DNA of 64,000 bases, from contig CAZGOD010000004.1 in the NCBI GenBank assembly GCA_964527715.1, forward strand, positions 11,355-75,354, written 5' to 3'. This DNA comes from an uncultured Thermoplasmatales archaeon. GTDB lineage: Archaea; Thermoplasmatota; E2; DHVEG-1. A program made the position numbers and the translations under genes. The first letter of the stretch is position 1, and the number at the start of each line of letters is the position of its first letter. Shown in pieces: positions 34,004-45,200 of this stretch. The notes under the pieces are model-generated. The model saw only the letters and a program-made list of their open reading frames with translations. It was not told where the DNA came from and ran no database searches.

Positions 34004-35017
34004 TCATAGTTTTCTTTTAAGAAGGAAAACTAACCATATAGCAATAAATATCAATATTATTTCAAAACCAGGAATTTTGATTTTTGGAGGAGAAGATTTT
34101 TCTCCGATGTCCTGTCCATTATCTAAAAAATAGTTATCCTGAGAGATTATATTGTCATCGGAATCACTCAGATAAATCCCGTATCTAGTATTATTTTCAA
34201 TTAAATTCCCTGTGATATTGTTTTTATTAGAACTATCCATAAGGATACCTTGAACATTATTAGATATAACGTTACTTTGAATAATATTCTGAAATGAGTA
34301 CCCTATAGAAATGCCAATTCTATCATTATTTGTTATATTATTTTTTGATATAATGTTATTATTAGACCATCTTTTTAAAAAAATACCCCTAGAGTTACCA
34401 GTGATATTATTACCAGATATGATGTTGTTATCAGATGTTTCCCATAGGATTATGCCGGATGCAGCGTTGTACTCAATAGTGTTATTTGTAACACTGTTAT
34501 TAGATGAATTATAAAGATGGATCCCCTCAGCATTATTATTAATCATATTTTTAGAAATCACGTTTTCATATGAGGAGCTCTGTAAATATATCCCATTAAT
34601 GTTATCTTTGAGGATATTCCACTGTATAGTGTTTTTAGATAAAATGTTAGATCCACTGATAAATAGACCGATAACACCATTTTGAATTGTGAACCCACTT
34701 ATGCTAACCTTAGAACTATTTATTATAACAGTATACAAGCCATCATTTCCATCGATAACTGTTGCATCCTTATTCTGGCCTACTATTTCTATAGATTTAT
34801 TTATTACCAGATTCTCATAGTATATTCCATTGTAAACAAAGACTATGTCACCAGAATGAGCGAAATCTATAGCTTCTTGAATGCTGCTATAATTTCCATT
34901 TCCAGTTCCACCAACATAAAAGATGCTCTCATTTGTTTCTTCACATGATCCAATATTAACAAAAACACTTGTTATTAGAATGAAAATTAATGTTGATATG
35001 AGTGTTTTATGTTTCAT
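34004..35017 (-). CDS. Secreted right-handed parallel beta-helix (NosD/pectin-lyase-like) repeat protein with a PGF-CTERM archaeal sorting signal
   Basis: Signal peptide, then repeated NNIISGNNITGNSRGI / NNIISKNNITNNDRIGI beta-helix repeats. The C-terminus ...PPKIKIPGFEIILIFIAIWLVFLLKRKL is a PGF motif plus TM helix plus basic tail. Confidence 0.6.
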   Translation of the reverse strand: MKHKTLISTLIFILITSVFVNIGSCEETNESIFYVGGTGNGNYSSIQEAIDFAHSGDIVFVYNGIYYENLVINKSIEIVGQNKDATVIDGNDGLYTVIINSSKVSISGFTIQNGVIGLFISGSNILSKNTIQWNILKDNINGIYLQSSSYENVISKNMINNNAEGIHLYNSSNNSVTNNTIEYNAASGIILWETSDNNIISGNNITGNSRGIFLKRWSNNNIISKNNITNNDRIGISIGYSFQNIIQSNVISNNVQGILMDSSNKNNITGNLIENNTRYGIYLSDSDDNIISQDNYFLDNGQDIGEKSSPPKIKIPGFEIILIFIAIWLVFLLKRKL

Positions 35018-35100
35018 AATGTTTCTATCCTAGTTTGACAAAATGAATTAATGAGCGTGACTTATATTTTTCTTATTTATGAAAAAAAGATGAAGGAGTA

Positions 35101-35127
35101 TTGCAGGGTTCAACTTTTCTCCTGCAA
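35101..35127 (-). terminator. Hairpin (7-bp stem TTGCAGG/CCTGCAA, 13-nt loop) followed on the minus strand by a T-rich tract, downstream of the PKD gene
   Basis: Inverted repeat read directly from the sequence. On the minus strand it is followed by TACTCCTTCATCTTTTTTTC. Confidence 0.3.
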
Positions 35128-35147
35128 TAATCTGTTATGTTATTTTT

Positions 35148-35783
35148 TTAAGCTGCTACTGTTATTTCTTCTGTGTATTCATCGGTTAAACCATAATCAT
35201 CTGTAGCAGTTAGCGTAACATTATAATCCCCTGCTGCAGCATATTCGTATGTTAGGCTTTGTTCTGTAGATGTGTTTCCATCACCAAAGTCCCATGACCA
35301 AGTTAATGTATCACCAGTATTTGGATCAGTGGAAGCATCTGTAAAGTTAACCGAGAGATTAGTTTTTACATAGGTAAAACTTGCTTCTGGTGCAACATTA
35401 CCAACAATTATAGTTTGTGGAGCTGTAGTATAAGAATCCTCATCATCAGATACAGTTAATGTAACAATATACGACCCGTTCTCTGCATAAGTATGAATCG
35501 GGTCATCAAGAGTAGATGAGTTACCATCACCGAATTCCCAGGCATAAGTTATGTTATCATCATCTTCGTCAGCAGCTGTACTATTAAAACTCACAGTCAT
35601 ATTAACAACATCAAAGTTGAATGTAGCAGTTGGAGCATTGTTAGATATCGTAGTTTTCTTCTTTTTTTCTGTTTCGATACATCCGCTTAACATTCCCACT
35701 AGCAAAGCCATACTTACCAGTAAGACTAATATTTTCTTCAAATTTCTTTCCTCCCACAAATGTCTATATACCTCTATATACAC
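35148..35783 (-). CDS. Lipoprotein-like surface protein with two PKD domains
   Basis: N-terminal TM helix with an LSGC lipobox-like motif. Two repeats with the WEFGDGNSS...HTY and WDFGDGNTS...YEY PKD signatures. Confidence 0.65.
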   Translation of the reverse strand: MYIEVYRHLWEERNLKKILVLLVSMALLVGMLSGCIETEKKKKTTISNNAPTATFNFDVVNMTVSFNSTAADEDDDNITYAWEFGDGNSSTLDDPIHTYAENGSYIVTLTVSDDEDSYTTAPQTIIVGNVAPEASFTYVKTNLSVNFTDASTDPNTGDTLTWSWDFGDGNTSTEQSLTYEYAAAGDYNVTLTATDDYGLTDEYTEEITVAA

Positions 35784-35934
35784 TATATAGATGGTAAATT
35801 TGGGATTAATAATGCAGTATATATCTCTTTCGAATTTCTGAATAAAAATGGATTTAGAATGAATAATTTTATAATTACCCTTTCTATTACATTACCTGGG
35901 TGCATAGTTTCTCCCATTTTAGGAGGGCGGAGTT

Positions 35935-37872
35935 TTGACTAAACTAACCGCACATGACTTAGCTAAGAAACAAAAAGAAATATCTGTAGCAGAATTCTTC
36001 GAACGAAATAAACACATACTTGGGTTTGGGAACGCTACAAGAGCACTTGTTACAAGTATCAAAGAAGGAGTAGATAACAGCCTTGACTCATGCGAAGAAG
36101 TAAACATTCTACCAGAGATTTATGTTGAAATAAAAAACCATGAAGATGGGGAATGTAAAATCATAGTTGAGGATAACGGCCCAGGTATTGTAACAAAACA
36201 GATCCCTCATATTTTTGGAAGACTACTATATGGTTCCAGGTTTCATGCAATAAGACAAAGCAGGGGGCAACAAGGAATAGGAATCTCAGCAGTAATATTA
36301 TATGGTCAACTGACAACTGGCAAACATGCAAAAATTATATCAAAAGTACAACAAGATCGACCAGCGGTGGTAATGGAACTAGCCATTGATACAAACAAGA
36401 ACCGTGCTGAGGTTATAAACCGTGAAACAGTTCATTGGGATAAACCCTCAGGTACTAGGGTTGAAATAAGTATCATAGCGGATTACAAACGTGGTAAACG
36501 TTTCGTCTACGATTACCTACAAAGTACCTCCATTGTCAACCCTCATGCACAAATAACATACAAAGATGCAGAGGGTGAGGAGTACCTTTTTGAAAGAACC
36601 GCAGAGGCTACGCCTAAAAAATCCTGTGAAATAAAACCCCACCCATATGGTGTCGAACTTGGGACACTCATTAAAATGGCTAAAAATACTAAAGCACGGA
36701 AGCTTTCAACGTTTCTGAAAACAGAGTTCAGCAGCATGGGGGATAGAACTACTAATGCGGTTTGTGAAAAAGCAGATTTAGACAGAAATGCTAATCCAAA
36801 AGAGATGAAACGTGAAGAGTTCCTTGCGTTACATCGGGCGTTTAAAAAAGTAAAAATCATGGCCCCGTCAACTGATTGTCTATCACCTATTAGTGAAACC
36901 CTGATTAGACGTAGTTTAAAACATGAGACAAAAGAGATTTCACCTGAGTTCATAATCACCGCGTCAAGACCAGCTTCGGTATACTCAGGAAACCCATTTC
37001 AGACTGAAGTAGGTCTTGTTTATGGAGGTACGTTACCCAGGGATAAACCTGTGCAGCTTATGCGTTTTGCTAACCGTGTACCCTTACTGTACCAGCAGGG
37101 CGGCTGTGTAATTACTTCTGCTATTTCTTCCATTGATTGGAGACGATACGGGTTTGAACAACCATCAGGTAAAGGTATGCCCTCAGGTCCTGCGATTTTT
37201 TTAACTCATGTCTCCTCAACTCAGATTCCCTTTACATCTGAGAGTAAAGAAGCAATTGCTGATATCCCTGAGATTGAGAATGAAATTAAACTTGCTTTCC
37301 GTGAATGTGCTAGGAAGGTTCAACATCATATTCATAAAAAGGTTAGACGTAAAAAAACCCGTGAAAAATTTGATCTCATCACTAAGATTCTACCTGAGAT
37401 CGCCAAGAAATCTGCAAATATGATTGATAAACCTATCCCATCATTGGATGCTGTTATCACGAAGATTATGGACATAGTATGGATTGAGGATTTAATAGAA
37501 TACGAAAAGGTTTCAAGACAACCCGTTCAAACAACTATCATTCCAGATAAAGAAAGTGATAATACCCGTAGTGAAGGTACCATAACTAAGAGCAAGATTA
37601 TGGTGGTGAACTATAAACATAACTCTCAAAAATTCAACCTTTATGCTCTGATACCTAAGGATGCCGTAGTTGGCTCTGTTGAGCCTAAACCCGCTAAAAT
37701 CGCTAATAACTACATTAAATGGAATCTTGGTACGATTCCACCTGCAAACAAAGTCGATGTATCTTTTGAACTCGCAGGTCTTGAAAAAGGAGATTTTGAT
37801 GAAAACGATCTATATGTTGAAAATATCAACCCAGCGTTTGTTATAGGAGCTGACAAATGGGAGGGTGACTAA
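35935..37872 (+). CDS. top6B: DNA topoisomerase VI subunit B
   Basis: Bergerat ATPase fold: [19 protein letters not shown]-terminus, [29 protein letters not shown] start preceded by an AGGAGGGCGGAG Shine-Dalgarno-like sequence. Confidence 0.9.
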   Translation: MTKLTAHDLAKKQKEISVAEFFERNKHILGFGNATRALVTSIKEGVDNSLDSCEEVNILPEIYVEIKNHEDGECKIIVEDNGPGIVTKQIPHIFGRLLYGSRFHAIRQSRGQQGIGISAVILYGQLTTGKHAKIISKVQQDRPAVVMELAIDTNKNRAEVINRETVHWDKPSGTRVEISIIADYKRGKRFVYDYLQSTSIVNPHAQITYKDAEGEEYLFERTAEATPKKSCEIKPHPYGVELGTLIKMAKNTKARKLSTFLKTEFSSMGDRTTNAVCEKADLDRNANPKEMKREEFLALHRAFKKVKIMAPSTDCLSPISETLIRRSLKHETKEISPEFIITASRPASVYSGNPFQTEVGLVYGGTLPRDKPVQLMRFANRVPLLYQQGGCVITSAISSIDWRRYGFEQPSGKGMPSGPAIFLTHVSSTQIPFTSESKEAIADIPEIENEIKLAFRECARKVQHHIHKKVRRKKTREKFDLITKILPEIAKKSANMIDKPIPSLDAVITKIMDIVWIEDLIEYEKVSRQPVQTTIIPDKESDNTRSEGTITKSKIMVVNYKHNSQKFNLYALIPKDAVVGSVEPKPAKIANNYIKWNLGTIPPANKVDVSFELAGLEKGDFDENDLYVENINPAFVIGADKWEGD

Positions 37873-37876
37873 AAAT

Positions 37877-38977
37877 ATGATTAATAAAGATTACAGCCAT
37901 GTAATTAACAAGATCGATTCTCTCGCTGCTAAAATATATAATGATTTCCAAAAAACAGATGTACCATTTCTCCAGCTACCAACTCGTAGTAAATCCAATA
38001 TAAAATTTGATGGAAAACTAAATGTTTGGAAATACGGTGAAAACACTATAGAAAGATCTGCGAAATCACTTGATGGAGCATATATGCTCCTGCGTACTAT
38101 GTACCTGGCTGATTTCATAAAAGAAATGATAAAAGTAAACAAATCCTCAACACTTAGAGAGATGTATTATATCTCTGAAGGATGGGACCTCGCAAAGTTT
38201 CACTCTCAAAATGAATCAAACCTTCTAGCAGAGGACCTGGAGGTTATCACAAGCTGTATGAGAGAAGATTTCAAACTACGACCAGAGGAAGACGGCGCGA
38301 GAGTTATCGGTAACGTTACCATTGAAGAGATGACTAGGAATAACACTAAGAAAAAAATTCATTGCCAAGACGACGTAGGCGACGCTGGTTACTCCATACC
38401 ATATAATGTCGAACCTGAGAAAATAACATTCAAAGGTACAGATGCAGATTTCATAGTAGCCATTGAGACGGGTGGTATGTTCGACCGACTTGCAGAGAAC
38501 GGTTTTGACACATCTAACCGAGCAATTCTTGTTCACTTAAAAGGTCAACCAGCTAGGTCTACGAGAAGATTCATCAAGAGGCTTAGCGATGAAAACAACC
38601 TACCAGTCATTGTGTTTACTGATTGTGACCCTTGGAGTTACCGTATCTATGCCAGTGTAGCATATGGTGCTATTAAAACTGCTCACATCTCTGAGTATCT
38701 TGCCACACCAGCGGCTCAATATCTTGGTGTCACTCCTTCAGATATTGAAAACTATGAACTACCCACAGATGATCTCACAAAGGAAGATATCAACGCTCTT
38801 AAGAGCGAGCTCACTGATCCACGTTTCCAGGACTCATTTTGGAAAGGTGAAATTAAACTTCAGCTTAAACTCGGGAAGAAATCAGAGCAACAGGCACTTG
38901 CAAAATATGGTCTCGACTACGTTACTGATACTTATTTACCTGAGAAACTAGCGGAAATGGGAATAACCAGGAAATAA
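37877..38977 (+). CDS. top6A: DNA topoisomerase VI subunit A (Spo11-like)
   Basis: Toprim domain ([26 protein letters not shown]) and winged-helix 5Y-CAP region. A GGAGGGTGA Shine-Dalgarno-like sequence precedes the ATG at 37877; the track's GTG at 37865 is an alternative start. Overlaps the top6B stop. Confidence 0.9.
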   Translation: MINKDYSHVINKIDSLAAKIYNDFQKTDVPFLQLPTRSKSNIKFDGKLNVWKYGENTIERSAKSLDGAYMLLRTMYLADFIKEMIKVNKSSTLREMYYISEGWDLAKFHSQNESNLLAEDLEVITSCMREDFKLRPEEDGARVIGNVTIEEMTRNNTKKKIHCQDDVGDAGYSIPYNVEPEKITFKGTDADFIVAIETGGMFDRLAENGFDTSNRAILVHLKGQPARSTRRFIKRLSDENNLPVIVFTDCDPWSYRIYASVAYGAIKTAHISEYLATPAAQYLGVTPSDIENYELPTDDLTKEDINALKSELTDPRFQDSFWKGEIKLQLKLGKKSEQQALAKYGLDYVTDTYLPEKLAEMGITRK

Positions 38978-38983
38978 AAAGTT

Positions 38984-39331
38984 TTATTGTTTTCTAAAAA
39001 CCCAAGTATTATACGTGTCTTGATCTGACAGAGTAAGTTTCTGATTATTATTACCGAACTGATATCTATACGTGTATGTTTTAGAAGGATTTTTTTGATG
39101 AACTATTAGATATCCATCATCTGTAACAGTATATGTTCCATCTAAACCATATGTTTTGAGTAAACAAGTTCCATTTGAGTAAAAAACGAATTGTTCAATT
39201 TCTGAATCCTCAGTAGTCCATTTTCCTACGAATTTTTCTGATTCTGTTTTCTCTTCATCTTCAAAACAACCATTAAAAATGATAATTAGGAAAAACATAA
39301 TTGTAATAATTACGAGTAGTTTTTTCTTCAT
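38984..39331 (-). CDS. Small secreted lipoprotein-like protein (lipocalin-like beta-barrel?)
   Basis: Signal peptide ending in an FNGC lipobox-like motif. 115 aa, beta-rich composition. Confidence 0.45.
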   Translation of the reverse strand: MKKKLLVIITIMFFLIIIFNGCFEDEEKTESEKFVGKWTTEDSEIEQFVFYSNGTCLLKTYGLDGTYTVTDDGYLIVHQKNPSKTYTYRYQFGNNNQKLTLSDQDTYNTWVFRKQ

Positions 39332-39527
39332 CTCTCCTCAGATATAAATTAACAATTAATTCTTTATAAAATCTATGTAGAGAAAAGTTATGGTAGAGAA
39401 GCCTGGAGAAAAGAAGGAATGGGATGGGATGCGCCCACAGAATCCTTATCCAGACTCCCCCATATATAAAACCGGTTTTTTGTATATAAAACTTTTTTCC
39501 ATTACTAAAAGAAAACATAGTAAAAAA

Positions 39528-40088
39528 CTATTTTTTGAGATAACTAATCAATTTCTGTAAAGATTTACCTCTATGCGAGAACCAGTTTTTTTCATCTACG
39601 CTCATCTGAGCAAATGTTTTACTAGAACCATCAGGTATGAAAATAGGATCATACCCAAAACCATCTTCTCCTAACTCGTTCTTAGATATTTTACCAAGGC
39701 ATTCACCCACAAAGAGAACAGGTTTCCTACCGGGCACTGAGTAGGCATAAACCGACCGGAAACAAGCTTTTCTACCGTTTTCATCAATTCTCTCCATCAA
39801 TCTCAAAATACCTTTACAACCGATTGTATGAAAAACATAAGAAGAAAACACACCAGGAAAACCCTCCATGGCATCTATGAAGAGACCTGCATCCTCCAGA
39901 ATAAAAGGTTGATCAAACTTTTCCCGAATTTGTTCCACACCATAACGAGCGACATCCTCCAAAGCATCTGTTTGTATCTCAGGATAACCTAGATTTTTCT
40001 GAACTATTTCCAAGTCAACTTTTGAAAACTTGTTTTTTGCCTCTAAAACTTTACCCTTATTACTAGTAATAAAATACAAAGTTTTCAT
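39528..40088 (-). CDS. Non-canonical purine NTP pyrophosphatase (Ham1/RdgB/ITPase)
   Basis: MKTLYFITSNKGKVLEAK...PEIQTD...FILEDAGLFIDAMEGFPGVFSSY...GFGYDPIF: Ham1 family motifs. Confidence 0.8.
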   Translation of the reverse strand: MKTLYFITSNKGKVLEAKNKFSKVDLEIVQKNLGYPEIQTDALEDVARYGVEQIREKFDQPFILEDAGLFIDAMEGFPGVFSSYVFHTIGCKGILRLMERIDENGRKACFRSVYAYSVPGRKPVLFVGECLGKISKNELGEDGFGYDPIFIPDGSSKTFAQMSVDEKNWFSHRGKSLQKLISYLKK

Positions 40089-40711
40089 CTATACCGTCCT
40101 CTTTTAACAATATCCTGAATCTTTTTTATAACAAGGTTTGCATCATCTTTTAACGCGTTTTTATAACCTTCCAGTACATATTCAAAACAATTAGAATACT
40201 TCGAATGCGTTGACTCTATAGCCTCCATGAGAACATGTAAATCAACACCCTTTGCTTCAATTTCACCATTTTTTTCACCAAGTCCAAAATCAATAAAATG
40301 AACACGATCATCCAAGAGTATCATATTAGACGTTGTAATATCACCATGTATTATGTCATTGTTATGGAACTTTGCAATACTTTCACCGATTTTCCTACAA
40401 AGATCTTGACGTTCCTTTTCACTCAAATCATTCAGTATGTCCTTTACCCGTTTACCCTTTAGATATTCCATAGTGATGACCGCATCATCGAGATCTACAT
40501 CATAGATTATTGGTACTGATACACCATATAGACGTGCCTCAGTAATAAGCTTAGATTCTTCTTTAGTACGCATAGATATCAAACGATTATCAATATGTTT
40601 TATCCGATAAGATTTAGGTATCCTCCTTTTTTCAATTACATCAAAACCCATGTAATCTGAGACATATATCTCTGCCTCAGCCCCCTTGTAAATTATTTTT
40701 TTATTACCCAC
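40085..40711 (-). CDS. bud32: KEOPS kinase Bud32 (RIO-type atypical kinase)
   Basis: GAEAEIY...IIHGDITTSNMIL...FIDFGLG are the kinase motifs. Overlaps kae1 by 8 nt in the typical kae1-bud32 arrangement. Confidence 0.8.
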   Translation of the reverse strand: MGNKKIIYKGAEAEIYVSDYMGFDVIEKRRIPKSYRIKHIDNRLISMRTKEESKLITEARLYGVSVPIIYDVDLDDAVITMEYLKGKRVKDILNDLSEKERQDLCRKIGESIAKFHNNDIIHGDITTSNMILLDDRVHFIDFGLGEKNGEIEAKGVDLHVLMEAIESTHSKYSNCFEYVLEGYKNALKDDANLVIKKIQDIVKRGRYR

Positions 40712-41699
40712 GCCAAGTCACATCCACCATATCAGTTCTGAAACGCTGATCAATAAAGCTATTCTCAACTTTCATCCTAATGCCACTATTATACATTAGA
40801 ACACCAAGCCATGCTATCATAGCACCATTATCAATGCATAAATCCTTACTTGGAACATAAAAAGATGCACCACGTTCATATGCCATTATTTTAACCATAT
40901 CCTGCAAACGCTTATTACTAGCAACACCCCCGCCAAGCAATACCTCATCTTTCTCCATATGAGCCATAGCCCGCTCAGTAACCTCAGTAAGAGCAGCAAA
41001 AGTAGTTTCCTGAATAGAATAACAAATATCCTCCAACTTTTCATCATTCTTATAGTACTGCTCCGCCGCAGTGAGAAGCCCTGAAAAAGCAATATCCATA
41101 CCTTTAATCGAGTAGGGGAGCTCCAAATAACCATCACCCTTTTTCGCTAGTTCCTCAATCTTTGGACCACAAGGAAAATCAAGACCCACTGTCCTACCAA
41201 ACTTATCAAGACAGTTTCCAATGCCAATATCAAGTGTTTCACCAAAAACACGATAACGTCCCTCAGCAAACGCGATAACCTGAGTATTAGCACCAGAGGT
41301 ATACAAAAGTACAGGATCCCTGCAGCCATCAAGTGTCCCACTACCAATCTCAAGATGAGCAACACAGTGATTCACACCCATAATAGGTTTATCAAGAGAA
41401 AGAGAAAGAGCACGCGCCGCTGTAGCAGCAGTCCTAAGACAAGGACCCAGACCAGGGCCCCTGGAAAAAGATACAAGATCAACATCAGCAAAATCAACCT
41501 GTGATTTTTCAACAGATTCCTTAATCACATCAGCAATAATACCAGCATGATGGTTCGCTGCTTCACGGGGATGAATACCACCTGTTTCAGGTCTATAACT
41601 CTTAATAACATTAGAAAGAACCTTGCATTTATGGTTAACCTCTTCTACAATACCAACACCAATCGAATGAGCTGTTCCCTCTATACCAAGACAAATCAT
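40704..41699 (-). CDS. kae1: tRNA N6-adenosine threonylcarbamoyltransferase Kae1
   Basis: MICLGIEGTAHSIGVGIV...HCVAHLEIG...GGGVASNKRL: ASKHA-fold Kae1/TsaD motifs, including the metal-binding His pair. Confidence 0.9.
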   Translation of the reverse strand: MICLGIEGTAHSIGVGIVEEVNHKCKVLSNVIKSYRPETGGIHPREAANHHAGIIADVIKESVEKSQVDFADVDLVSFSRGPGLGPCLRTAATAARALSLSLDKPIMGVNHCVAHLEIGSGTLDGCRDPVLLYTSGANTQVIAFAEGRYRVFGETLDIGIGNCLDKFGRTVGLDFPCGPKIEELAKKGDGYLELPYSIKGMDIAFSGLLTAAEQYYKNDEKLEDICYSIQETTFAALTEVTERAMAHMEKDEVLLGGGVASNKRLQDMVKIMAYERGASFYVPSKDLCIDNGAMIAWLGVLMYNSGIRMKVENSFIDQRFRTDMVDVTWRG

Positions 41700-41759
41700 A
41701 ATTCAAAAGGGCCATAAACAAGTAGTATAAAATAAGTTTGGTTCAAAAAAAAGTTTTAT

Positions 41760-42278
41760 TTATTTTTTAGCGTAACCAACTGGAATAACCGCCACAGGTT
41801 TCAATGATTTGGGAAGATCCAATACATCATTTAAAAAACCCATTTCCATAGGAGTATAAGTAAGTGTCGCCAGACCCTCATTCTCCGCAGCAAGAATGAC
41901 ATATGCTATAGAAATCCAAGTGGACTCCAGCCAGTACGGTTTATCAGTTTCACTGGCTATAACTAATAGGAGAGGTGCATCAACTAGAAAATCTTTCTTA
42001 AGAGAAACATCCTTGTTTTTCATCCATTGTTTAAACCAAGCTGGACTAGACTTGTAATATTTTTTATCAGCTTGTTCACAAAAATTTTTGATTTTTTCTT
42101 TTAAATTAGCATCATCAACTATAATATAAACAAAAGGTTTCTGATCAGCCCCGGAGGGTGATAGCTGCCCAGCTTTCAAAATTAATTGCAGTTTTTCCAC
42201 GGGTACTTTTTTAGTTAAAAAACCTCTGGTGCTCCTCCGATTTTCCATCAACTTGTAAAGATCCATAGTTATCTTCAA
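41760..42278 (-). CDS. Nitroreductase-family flavoprotein
   Basis: RRSTRGFLTKKVPVEKLQLILKAGQLSPSGADQKPFVYIIV is the nitroreductase N-terminal FMN-binding signature. Confidence 0.7.
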   Translation of the reverse strand: MKITMDLYKLMENRRSTRGFLTKKVPVEKLQLILKAGQLSPSGADQKPFVYIIVDDANLKEKIKNFCEQADKKYYKSSPAWFKQWMKNKDVSLKKDFLVDAPLLLVIASETDKPYWLESTWISIAYVILAAENEGLATLTYTPMEMGFLNDVLDLPKSLKPVAVIPVGYAKK

Positions 42279-42290
42279 AAAAACACTGTA

Positions 42291-45200
42291 TTATTTTTTT
42301 ATTCCAATCTCTGCATGAATCTGATCAATGTCCCATTTTTTAACAAGTTTACCAACTGGTTTATCCACGTAACTAATTTCTTTGGACCGAGTTTCGTTTT
42401 TAATGTAACTGCCCCATTTTTCTAGGGCTTTCTTTTTATCAGAACCGATTTTGATTTCTGTAATGATTTTATCTTCAACATCAAGATCTAGTTCTTTTCT
42501 CATTGACTGTATTCGCCTGACAATTTCTCTTGCGAAACCCTCTGCTTCTAGTTCAGATGTTAGATGAGTATCAAGCAGTAGAGTTACTTTATCTGTGGAT
42601 GTACGAGCTATGTGTTCTTTTTCTGTTTCAACTATTTCAAAATCATCCTTGTTAAGTATGATTTTTTCGCCATCAACGTTGATTATAATTTTTTTGTTCT
42701 TATTGATCTCATTGTAAAGCTGGTTCTTATCCATTTCATCAATTTTACTTAGAACAAGTTTTGCTTTTTCTTTTAATCTTTTACCAAGATTAGAATGATT
42801 TGGTTTCAATGATTTTATCATAAATTTAGATGTATCTCTCTCAAAGGAAACATTTTTTACATTAATTTCTTCATTAAGCAGGTCTAGTAGGTTTTTTATT
42901 GAATCCTCAGTTTTTTTATCACATACAAGGGTCGCGCTACTAAGTGGGTATCTTACTTTAATTCCAATTTTTGATCTTAGAGATCTTCCTACTTCTACGA
43001 GTTCTCGTATTTGTTCCATTCCTTGTTCTAGTTCTTTGTTAATCTGGTTTTTATCTGCTTTAAGGTAATCACATAGGTGCACACTTTCAGACATTTTATC
43101 TGTTTTAAGATTTTGATATATTTCCTCAGTGATAAATGGTATGAATGGTGCTAGTAGTTTTGATAAACCTAAAAAAACATCGTACATCGTGGAGTACCCT
43201 GAGAGTTTATCATCTGTTTTTTCCTCCACCCATAACCGTTTCCTAGAGCGACGTAAGTACCAGTTGCTGAAATCCTCGATAACAAAATTTTCTATAAATC
43301 TTGCAGCTTTATGAACCTCAAAACTCTTAAAATATGATCTGGTCTCTTTTATGGTTTTATTGAATCTACTTAGAATCCATTTGTCTATTAGCTGCCTTTT
43401 TCCTATAGGGAGCATGTCTTTTTTTGGGTCGAATTTATCAAGAGCAGCATATGTTGTGAAAAAGTTATATGAATTCCAAAATGTTAAAATAAACTTACCC
43501 AACATGTCTTTTACTGCTTGTTCATAGAATCTTGTCGACGTCCAAGGTGCATTCGCGGATATAAGGTACCATCTGAGTGCATCAGCCCCCTCATTATCTA
43601 GGATTATATCTGGGTCGACATAGTTACGTTTGCTTTTACTCATTTTTTGATTATTTTCATCTAGTACAAGTCCTAGTGTGAGCACGTTTTTATATGAGCG
43701 TTCATCAAATAGGAAAGTTGATATTGCTAGGAGTGAATAAAACCAGCCACGTGTCTGATCAAGTGCCTCAGATATAAAATCAACTGGGAAGTTTTTCTTG
43801 AATTCTTCCTGGTTTTCAAATGGATAATGCCATTGAGCAAAAAATGCTGAGCCAGAGTCGTACCAGCAGTCAATTACTTCTTCCTCACGTTTCATAGGTG
43901 ATTTACATTTAGGGCATTTTACAACTAACTCGTCTACTAGTGGTTTATGTAAATCATAATCATCTGGGAATGATTCACTTAGTTCTCTGAGTTCTTTAAC
44001 ACTTCCAATGCATATTTCATGTTTGCATTTTTTATCTGTACAAGTCCATATCGGAAGTGGTGTACCCCAGTATCGTTTACGGGATAGAGCCCAGTCTTTT
44101 ACTTCACGTATGAAATCCCCGAAACGTCCTTGTTGAAGGTGCTCTGGGTACCAGTTGATATTGTTGTTATTCTTAACTAGGGAGTCTTGTACTTTTGTCA
44201 TGGCAATAAACCAGGACTCCATAGCATAGTACAATAGTGGTGATTCACATCGCCAGCAAAATGGATACTCATGTTTGTATTGATGTACCCCCTCAATTAG
44301 CCCACGTTCCTCAAGGTTTTCAATTATACTCGGATCTGCATCTTTTACAAATTGTCCTTTCCAGAGTTCAACCTCAGGTGGAAAGGTTCCATCTAGTTTT
44401 ACAAGTTGAACAACTGGTAGGTCACATTTCCTACCAATATCGTAGTCATCTTCACCAAAAGCTGGAGCAATATGAACAATTCCAGTTCCATCTTCCATTG
44501 TTACAAAATCAGCTAGAACAACATACCACGCTTTCTTATCAGGTTTAGCATAATCAAAAAGTGGTTCGTACTCAATCCCCTCTAATTCTTTACCTTTATA
44601 GCCATCAAGTAGCTCAAAGTTTTGACCTTTTAATAACACGTTTGCACGTTCTTCAGCTAGAATTAAAACTTGATTGTTATAGCGTATTTTAACATATAAA
44701 TCCTTAGGATTTACAGCTAAAGCTACATTTGAAATAAGTGTCCATGGTGTGGTAGTCCATGCCAGGAAATAGGCATCCTCTTTTTTCAATTTGAATTTAA
44801 CAAAAACTGATGGCTCCTCAACAGTTTTATAACCCTGCGATATCTCATGAGCTGAAAGCGCTGTGCCACAACGCGGGCAATATGGTACAACCTTATGACC
44901 CTTGTAAAGAAGCTTCTTTTCCCATGCCTGCTTAAGAGACCACCAAACAGATTCTATGTAATCATTTTTCAAAGTAATATATGGATCATCCATATCAAGC
45001 CAAAAAGCAATACGCTTAGTCATCTCAACCCATACATTTTCATATTTGAAAACACATTTCTTACATGCCTCATTGAAATCTTTTATACCGTATTCCTCAA
45101 CGCCTTGTTTATCCTCAAGTCCTAGTTCCTTTTCAACCTCAATCTCAACTGGTAAACCATGCGTATCCCATCCTGCTTTACGGAGTATATAATGACCATT

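Noticed and set aside
39273-39518. 81-aa minus-strand ORF
   Set aside because: Overlaps the start of the lipoprotein gene and the GC-rich hairpin region. The composition looks non-coding.
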